Source: Candidatus Cloacimonadales bacterium
GTDB lineage: Bacteria > Cloacimonadota > Cloacimonadia > Cloacimonadales > DAONDQ01
Assembly: GCA_963662275.1 (NCBI GenBank)
Contig: OY759316.1
Location: 1,952,001-2,016,000, forward strand
Reading direction: 5' to 3'
DNA length: 64,000 nucleotides
The notes under the pieces are model-generated. The model worked only from the letters and a program-made list of their open reading frames with translations, did not search any database and had not been told where the DNA came from. Numbering within the stretch: the first letter of the stretch is position 1; every line of letters begins with the position of its first letter. Both the position numbers and the translations under genes were made by a program. Shown here piece after piece: positions 57,112 to 64,000 of this stretch.

Positions 57112-60100
57112 CTATTTCAAAACGATCATTTTCCTTGTGCTATGATAGCTGCCTGATTGCATCTTATACAGATATATACCGGACGGCAACGTATTCCCAT
57201 TATCATCTTTTCCATTCCAACTGATACTTTGGGTACCGGAGAATCTTTCGTTATTAACAATTGTCGCCACTTTCTGACCCCTGATATTATATACTTCAAT
57301 GGTAACAGGTTTGCTGGATTTTGCAGCAAAACGAATTGCTGTTGAACCAGTGAAAGGATTTGGCACATTTCCAAAGAGAACAGGTACTGAAACCTGGGCA
57401 ATCTGATCATCATTGTCAACCGGGAAATCAACCAAATCACGGGCTGTAATCTCAAAAACCGTATCATACGGAAATGCGATGGCTGTGATTGGACCAGGGA
57501 TTGCTGGAATTGTCGTTCCGATATAATCTGATTCCTGGAAACTAGTCCTGAAAATGATGCTGGCTCCACTTTCATCAGTAACCGTATAATTTCTGCCATA
57601 CACGAAAAGACCCCCTGTCGTATCAGGGAGGAAACTTGCATTTGCAATACGGATCAGTTCCTGGCTGTAATTATTGAAGTTTGTGTTCAGTTCTGCGATT
57701 GTTACTGTTTGTGGTTCAATGAAATGCCCTTGAGATGTGGGTTGCCCCGGATCCTGGACAGGTACGAATTCAAATTGAGCATGATAAATCATCAATTTGC
57801 CTGTAATATTAGTCAATCCATCTCCACGAAGGTATTGAGTTGTGATATGACCGTTTGGATCATCAATCATAATACCCGCTGTGTTATCCTGGATATATTT
57901 CTGATTTCTAGCAGTACGTAAGTATGTAATCCAGGCTTCTCCAGTTAGACGATATACTGTCATATTATCTGCAAATTGGGTTCTCAGGGTTGCTAAATCA
58001 GCAACATCAATTGGGTTAGTCGATTGAAAATCAGCCAGGTAACGAGCAGCTATCTGGTTAACAGTGTCGTAGGGGAGAGCTATAGCAACAATACTGGTTT
58101 GTGTTGTTGGAATCAATGTACCTATGTAATCAGACTCAACAAAGTTGGTTCTGAATATGATCGTCCCGCCACTATTGTCAGTGATAGAATAACTCCTGCC
58201 GTTCAGGAATATACCCCCTGTAGTATCAGGGAGGAAACTTGCATTTGCAATACGGATCAGTTCCTGGCTATAATTATTGAAGTTAGTGTTCAGTTCTGCG
58301 ATTGTCACTGTTTGTGGTTCAATGACATGCCCATGAGATGAAGGCTGACCCGGATCAAGGACTGGTATGAATTCGAATTGGGCATGATATAGCATTAGCT
58401 TACCCTGGAGGTTCGTGATGCCATCACCACTTGAATAAGGTGTGGTTATGATACCTAATGGGTCGTCAATTAAAATCCCACCTGTATTATCCTGGATATA
58501 TTTCTGATTTCTTGCTGCACGTAAGTATGTAATCCAAGCTTCTCCGGTAAGACGATAGATGGTAGTATTATCAGCGACCTGTGCTCTTAGGGTTGCCAAA
58601 TCTGCTACTTCAATTATTGGTATTACTGGAATTAAAGAGAATGTACTATCTGATAAGTCAACAGCAATGCTATTAGGTCCGGATATGCGAATTGTATAAT
58701 CAGAACCCAGTATGAGATTCGCTGCAATATTCCACATCCATGAACCAGTGTTTTCTACGGATTCAACTAAGGTAATAGCATTAGTATCACTAATCAATTC
58801 GATTTTCACATTTCCAGTAAAATTGGCATGTGTCCACGTTATCGGGTGATTAGTTCCTAAATGCCACTGTTCTCCGCCATTGGGTGAAGAAATTACAATA
58901 ATAGGATCTGTTGTTCCACCAATAAAAGTGTGTAACCCTAAATTTGTAAAAGTGTTTACTGAATATTCTGACCATTCATTGACATCCCATACAAGCCTGG
59001 GTATATAAACGGTTGCATTGCGAATAAGAGTCTTGTCTGTACCCCAGAAAAGCGTGGGTTGATCTACAACACCTACCACATCAAGAAGCGCACCATTCTT
59101 ACATAAGGCAACGCAATCATTACCATTGAAAGCCAGGACAAAGGTCGTTGTTACTAAATCGACATAAGGCTGACCTTCAAGAGAAGTACCGGATGTACCG
59201 CTAAATACAACAACATAACAATCATTATCACTCAAAATCCCTGATAGAGCAAGTTCCTCACCAAACATACCTGCACCATTCGTTTGTTTCTTCAGCGAAT
59301 ATTGAGATAAATCAACCGGAGCACCGGTTCCATTGAAGATTTCAATGGCTTTCTGATTAGAAGTTCCTTCTACATATTCAGATATGAATAAATCGGTGGC
59401 ATGTCCCGGATTATCAACCTGTCCGAAATCAGCTAAGTCACGTGCAGATATTTGGAGCATTGTATCATAAGGAATAGCAATCGCTGTAATTCTTTTAGGT
59501 ACAGTTGGTATTTGCGTGCCGATATAATCAGATTCAGGGAAGGAAGTTCTAAAAATGAATGAACCACCGTTGTTATCAGTGATATCATAACTCCTGGATG
59601 CTAGAAAAATACCTCCAGTTGTATCAGCAAGGAAACTTGCGCTGGAAAGAACAATCAATTCCTGACTATAATTATTGAAATTTGCTGTCAGTTCAGCAAG
59701 TGTCACTTCTTGAGGTGCGATAAAGTTATGGGATGTAATTAGACCAGGATCCTCGACAGGAATGAACTCATATTGAGCATGATAAATCATGAGTGTACCC
59801 TTCAGATTTGTCATGCCATCACCACGAGTGTATGGTGTTGTAATTATAGCATTTGGATCATCTATCAAAATCCCGCCCGTATTATCTTGGATATACTTTT
59901 GATTTCTCGCTGTACGGGCATATGTGACCCAAGCTTCACCTGTAAGACGATAAATTGTCAGGTTATCAGCAGGCTGAGTTCTCAGATCTGCTATGTTTGG
60001 GACATCAATCATCGTGACAGCGGGAAGCAGGGAGAATGTGGTATCTGACATATCCGCAGGTGTACCATTCGGACCGGAGACACGGATTAAGTAATTAGAT

Positions 60101-62244
60101 CCCAATGGAAGATTGTTTGAAACATTCCATGTCCATGAACCTGTATTTTCCGTTGATTCAATTAATGTTATGGTTGTTGTATCATTCATCAGTTCAATTT
60201 TTACGTTACTTGTAAAATTGGCATGTGCCCAAATTATCTGATGATTACTTCCTACATTCCACTGCTCTGCTCCATTTGGAGAAATAACACTAACCAATGG
60301 TTCCGTTGTTCCACCAGTAAAAAAATGAAGCCCTAAGTTTGTAAAAGTATTCACAGGGTAGGTTGTCCATTCAGCAGGATCCCAAATGATTCTAGGCATA
60401 AATACATCAGCATTGCGGACAAGCGTCATATCCGTACCCCAGAATGGTGAGGGTTGATCTATGATACCGACAACATCCAGAAGATTTCCATTCTTACATA
60501 AAGCTACACAATCGTTTCCATTGAATGTCAAAGCCCAGATAGTTGTCACTAAATCGACATAAGGCTGACCTTCAAGAGGACCACTAAGCACAATTACATA
60601 ACAATCATTGTTATCCAGAATACCGGATAAAACTAGTTCTTCTCCAAACTCACCGACTCCATTTGTTTGTTTCTTCAGCGAGTATTGAGATAAATCAACG
60701 GGAGCACCGGTTCCATTGAAAATTTCAATGGCTTTCTGATTTCCAGTTCCTTCAACATATTCTGAGATAAATAAGTCTGTGGCATGACCTTCGTTATCAA
60801 CAGGTCCAATATCAGCTAAGTCACGAGACGATATTTGGAGAGTTGCATTATATGGTATTGCAATAGCAACAATATTTTTGGGTGAAGTAGGTATTGCAGC
60901 ACCTATGTAATCTGCTTCAGAGAAGTTTGTTCTGAATATTATAGTGCCTGAACTTGGATCAGTAATATTGTAACTTGAGGCACTAGCGAAAATCCCCCCT
61001 GTTACATCAGGTAGGAAGGTGACGTTGTTGATTCGGATCAATTCCTGGTTATAATTTTCAAAATTTGCAGTTAATTCCGCAAGAGTGATAGTTTGTGGTT
61101 GTACTACATGATTTTGCGAAGTTGGGGGACCAGGATCCAGGATTGGAACAAATTCATATTGAGCGTTATAAGTCACTAGAGTACCCTTAAGGTTTGTCAG
61201 TCCATCACCGCGTAAATAAGTTGTTGAAATAATACCGTTTGGATCATCAATCAGTATACCTGCGGTATTATCCTGGATATATTTTTGGCTTCTTGTCGTA
61301 CGGGTAAATGTAACCCACGCTTCTCCAGTAAGACGATAGATAGTTAAGTTATCAGCAGCGTGTGTTCTGAGTGCTGCCAAGTTTGGGACATCGATAGTCT
61401 GGATAGCTGCAATCAGGGAGAATGGACTATCGGACATATCCGACGGTGTACCATTTGGACCAGAAATGCGTATTTTATAGTTAGAACCCAGTGTCAGATC
61501 AGAGGCTATACTCCAAATCCAAGAACCTGTATTCGGAGCAGATTCAACTAATGTGGTGGGTATTGTACCATTCATTAATTCAATTTTCACATCACCGGTA
61601 AAATTAGAATGAGCCCAGTTTATCTGATGACTCGTCCCTAAATTCCAGGATTCACCACCATTCGGAATAGAAACCGAAATCACGGGGTCAGTAGTTCCAC
61701 CAGTAAATGTATGATTTCCTAGAAACGAGAATGTGTTCACAGGATAGGTAGTCCATTCAGTGGTAACCCAAACAACAGTTGGCATAAATACTTCTGCATT
61801 ACGAACAAAAGTGATATCGAAACCCCAGTTAGGTGTGATTTGATCAATTATACCTACAACATCAAGTAAAGCACCATTTTTGCAGAGAGCAACGGCGTCG
61901 TTACCATTGAAAGCACAGACAAAGCTTGTTGTTGCTAAATCAACATAAGGCTGACCGACAAGAGTGGTTCCGGTTGAACTAAAGCAAATAACAAAACAAT
62001 CATTATTAGCCAAAGTACCTGAAAATACAAGTTCAGTTCCGAAAGCACCGGTACCATTGGTTTGTTTCATTAGCGAATACTGCGATAAGTCAACTGGAGC
62101 GCCGGTTCCATTAAAGATTTCAATGGCTTTCTGATTTGACGTTCCTTCGACATATTCTGATATGAATAAATCGGTGGCTTGAGCCAGGATAAGAGTAGAC
62201 ATAGTGTACAACAAAACGCAAAGTAGAAAAGTTCTCATGTTCAT
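57112..62244 (-). CDS. Large secreted protein: three repeats of lamin-tail domain + Ig-like spacer + OB-fold-like unit, one extra OB-like unit, FlgD-like C-terminus
   Basis: ATDLFISEYVEG..NQKAIEIFNGTG x3, PNG.E.W x3, YIQDNT.GI.IDDP x4, VPNPF terminus. Confidence 0.85.
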   Translation of the reverse strand: MNMRTFLLCVLLYTMSTLILAQATDLFISEYVEGTSNQKAIEIFNGTGAPVDLSQYSLMKQTNGTGAFGTELVFSGTLANNDCFVICFSSTGTTLVGQPYVDLATTSFVCAFNGNDAVALCKNGALLDVVGIIDQITPNWGFDITFVRNAEVFMPTVVWVTTEWTTYPVNTFSFLGNHTFTGGTTDPVISVSIPNGGESWNLGTSHQINWAHSNFTGDVKIELMNGTIPTTLVESAPNTGSWIWSIASDLTLGSNYKIRISGPNGTPSDMSDSPFSLIAAIQTIDVPNLAALRTHAADNLTIYRLTGEAWVTFTRTTRSQKYIQDNTAGILIDDPNGIISTTYLRGDGLTNLKGTLVTYNAQYEFVPILDPGPPTSQNHVVQPQTITLAELTANFENYNQELIRINNVTFLPDVTGGIFASASSYNITDPSSGTIIFRTNFSEADYIGAAIPTSPKNIVAIAIPYNATLQISSRDLADIGPVDNEGHATDLFISEYVEGTGNQKAIEIFNGTGAPVDLSQYSLKKQTNGVGEFGEELVLSGILDNNDCYVIVLSGPLEGQPYVDLVTTIWALTFNGNDCVALCKNGNLLDVVGIIDQPSPFWGTDMTLVRNADVFMPRIIWDPAEWTTYPVNTFTNLGLHFFTGGTTEPLVSVISPNGAEQWNVGSNHQIIWAHANFTSNVKIELMNDTTTITLIESTENTGSWTWNVSNNLPLGSNYLIRVSGPNGTPADMSDTTFSLLPAVTMIDVPNIADLRTQPADNLTIYRLTGEAWVTYARTARNQKYIQDNTGGILIDDPNAIITTPYTRGDGMTNLKGTLMIYHAQYEFIPVEDPGLITSHNFIAPQEVTLAELTANFNNYSQELIVLSSASFLADTTGGIFLASRSYDITDNNGGSFIFRTSFPESDYIGTQIPTVPKRITAIAIPYDTMLQISARDLADFGQVDNPGHATDLFISEYVEGTSNQKAIEIFNGTGAPVDLSQYSLKKQTNGAGMFGEELALSGILSDNDCYVVVFSGTSGTSLEGQPYVDLVTTTFVLAFNGNDCVALCKNGALLDVVGVVDQPTLFWGTDKTLIRNATVYIPRLVWDVNEWSEYSVNTFTNLGLHTFIGGTTDPIIVISSPNGGEQWHLGTNHPITWTHANFTGNVKIELISDTNAITLVESVENTGSWMWNIAANLILGSDYTIRISGPNSIAVDLSDSTFSLIPVIPIIEVADLATLRAQVADNTTIYRLTGEAWITYLRAARNQKYIQDNTGGILIDDPLGIITTPYSSGDGITNLQGKLMLYHAQFEFIPVLDPGQPSSHGHVIEPQTVTIAELNTNFNNYSQELIRIANASFLPDTTGGIFLNGRSYSITDNSGGTIIFRTNFVESDYIGTLIPTTQTSIVAIALPYDTVNQIAARYLADFQSTNPIDVADLATLRTQFADNMTVYRLTGEAWITYLRTARNQKYIQDNTAGIMIDDPNGHITTQYLRGDGLTNITGKLMIYHAQFEFVPVQDPGQPTSQGHFIEPQTVTIAELNTNFNNYSQELIRIANASFLPDTTGGLFVYGRNYTVTDESGASIIFRTSFQESDYIGTTIPAIPGPITAIAFPYDTVFEITARDLVDFPVDNDDQIAQVSVPVLFGNVPNPFTGSTAIRFAAKSSKPVTIEVYNIRGQKVATIVNNERFSGTQSISWNGKDDNGNTLPSGIYLYKMQSGSYHSTRKMIVLK

Positions 62245-62330
62245 CTTACCTCCAATATTAGTTTATTACTAAGTGATAGAAGTAAAAAATACTATTTATT
62301 AATGTCAATTTATAATTATCAATAAAAGTA

Positions 62331-62365
62331 AAAAAAAAAACGGCAGGATAACCTGCCGTTTTTTT
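62331..62365 (-). terminator. Intrinsic, probably bidirectional, terminator
   Basis: A-tract-CGGCAGG-ATAA-CCTGCCG-T-tract. Confidence 0.85.
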
Positions 62366-62379
62366 AAATGTATGAATTC

Positions 62380-63999
62380 TTACTTCATAAGAATCATTTT
62401 CTTAGTGCTACTATAGCTGCCTGATTGCATCTTATAAAGATAGACGCCTGAAGGAAGCTTGTTGCCATTATTGTCAGTCCCATTCCAATTGATGCTCTGT
62501 AAGCCATTTGAACGTTCGTTATTCACAACTGAAGCAACTTTCTGTCCTTTCACATTGAAAACTTCTATAGAAACAGGATTGTTTGATTTTGCATCAAAAC
62601 GAATTGAAGTAGAACCCATGAAAGGATTAGGAACGTTATTATAAAGGACAGGTGTTGAAACCTGAGCAATTGGATCTTCATTAGCAATAACATAATCGAA
62701 ATCAGCAAGATTACGAGCTGATATCTGCATAGCGGCATCATATGGTATTGCGATAGCTGCTATATTTTTGGGTGTAGTCGGAATAGCTGCACCGATATAA
62801 TCTGCTTCAGAGAAGTTTGCTCTGAAGATCATTGTTCCAGAACTTGGGTCTGTGATATTATAATTAATGAGAGTTGCGAAAACACCGCTTTCAACGAAGC
62901 TTACATTCGAAATGTAAACCAATTGTTGGCTGTAAGCAGGAAAATTGGTTGATAATTCAGTTAGTGTAACTGGTATTGGTTGCACAATATGGTTATGTGA
63001 GGTAGGCTGACCCGGATCCTGGACAGGAATAAATTCGAACTGAGTATGATATAGTACCAAAGTACCTTTTAGGTTAGTCATACCGTCATTACGAACGTAA
63101 GGAGTTGTAATTATGCCGGAAGGGTCATCAATAAGAATACCGGCAGTGTTATCCTGGATGTACTTTTGGCTTCTGGATGTGCGTGCAAGTGTGATCCAAG
63201 CTTCACCTGTCAAACGATACACAGTAGTACCATCGGTTGCCTGTGTTCTTAAGGTTGCGATATCAGGGACATCAATGACAGCAACAGCAGGGATTATGGA
63301 GAATGGATTATCAGAAAGATCCGTAGGTGTACCGCCTGGACCTGAAATACGGATTTTATAGTTGGTACCTGTAGCAATTTCGGATGGAATTGCCCAAGCC
63401 CATAAGCCAGTATCTTCTGTAGATTCAACTAATGTAGTAGGTGTAGTGCCATTTAATAACTCAATTTTTACATTTCCTGTAAAATTAGCATGAGTCCAAG
63501 TAATCTGATGAGAAGTTCCTACATTCCATTGTTCGCCACCCATTGGAGAGGTAACCATGATCAACGGATCAGTTGTTCCACCTGTAAATTCATGAGAACC
63601 AAGATAAGTAACAGTATCCTGCTCATAAACTATCCATTGAGAATTCCCTGCATCTGTACCGGCGGAAGCAGTCCAACTGGTAGTAGGAGTAAAGACTTCA
63701 GGTTTTCTAACGATTGTGTGATTTAACATAGCGCCAGTAGTACCAGCGACATCCCATCCGGCTGCTCCAGGATCAGTTCCCTGCAGACCGACTGTATCAA
63801 TCAACTGTCCATTCTTAAAAAGACCCACAGCATCATTACCATTATAATATGTGACAGTGCTGGTTGTGTCTGCAACTGCTAAAATCGAAGCATTTGCACC
63901 GGCATTTGCGATAATAAATACATCATTGTTTGCAAGAGTACGTGTAGAGGTTAACGTGGTACTCCATGAACCACCATTAGGAGCGAGCCTGACTGAGTA
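62380..63999 (-). CDS. 3' part of a paralogous lamin-tail / OB-like surface protein; continues beyond the window
   Basis: Frame is open to the window end; same repeat unit and C-terminal domain as 57112-62244. Confidence 0.85.
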   Translation of the reverse strand, partial: YSVRLAPNGGSWSTTLTSTRTLANNDVFIIANAGANASILAVADTTSTVTYYNGNDAVGLFKNGQLIDTVGLQGTDPGAAGWDVAGTTGAMLNHTIVRKPEVFTPTTSWTASAGTDAGNSQWIVYEQDTVTYLGSHEFTGGTTDPLIMVTSPMGGEQWNVGTSHQITWTHANFTGNVKIELLNGTTPTTLVESTEDTGLWAWAIPSEIATGTNYKIRISGPGGTPTDLSDNPFSIIPAVAVIDVPDIATLRTQATDGTTVYRLTGEAWITLARTSRSQKYIQDNTAGILIDDPSGIITTPYVRNDGMTNLKGTLVLYHTQFEFIPVQDPGQPTSHNHIVQPIPVTLTELSTNFPAYSQQLVYISNVSFVESGVFATLINYNITDPSSGTMIFRANFSEADYIGAAIPTTPKNIAAIAIPYDAAMQISARNLADFDYVIANEDPIAQVSTPVLYNNVPNPFMGSTSIRFDAKSNNPVSIEVFNVKGQKVASVVNNERSNGLQSINWNGTDNNGNKLPSGVYLYKMQSGSYSSTKKMILMK

Positions 64000-64000
64000 T

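Overview
AT-rich bacterial chromosome window. The many secreted proteins ending in a FlgD-like Ig 'YPNPFNP...WNG.D..G..SGVY' domain suggest Cloacimonadota or a related FCB lineage (inference). Contents: (i) two TPR-sigma54 activator genes beside sigma54 promoters and large secreted FN3, FG-GAP or LamG proteins; (ii) a relic FGE-sulfatase gene whose 3' end looks like a DGR-diversified variable region; (iii) a single-chain R-M enzyme, L-threonine dehydrogenase, a TetR-TolC-HlyD-ABC2 operon, secreted CapA-like and HExxH proteins, and a Panacea plus PemK-like TA pair; (iv) a type I-B CRISPR-Cas locus (cas6-8b-7-5-3-1-2-4; 22 repeats, 21 spacers) whose array is split by an IS21 with a frameshifted istA and whose cas8b is both frameshifted and interrupted; (v) lamin-tail repeat surface proteins. 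The strongest candidate for an undescribed system is a 2.45 kb element present in two near-identical copies. It encodes a tyrosine recombinase and an IS91-type HUH (Y2) protein, and both copies sit at a TGTT-AT(A/G)C core. Its ends, when joined, rebuild an attC-like bulged hairpin. Intergenic DNA is also a mosaic of structured mini-repeats, two of which are flanked by 9-16 bp duplications at formerly overlapping gene junctions.
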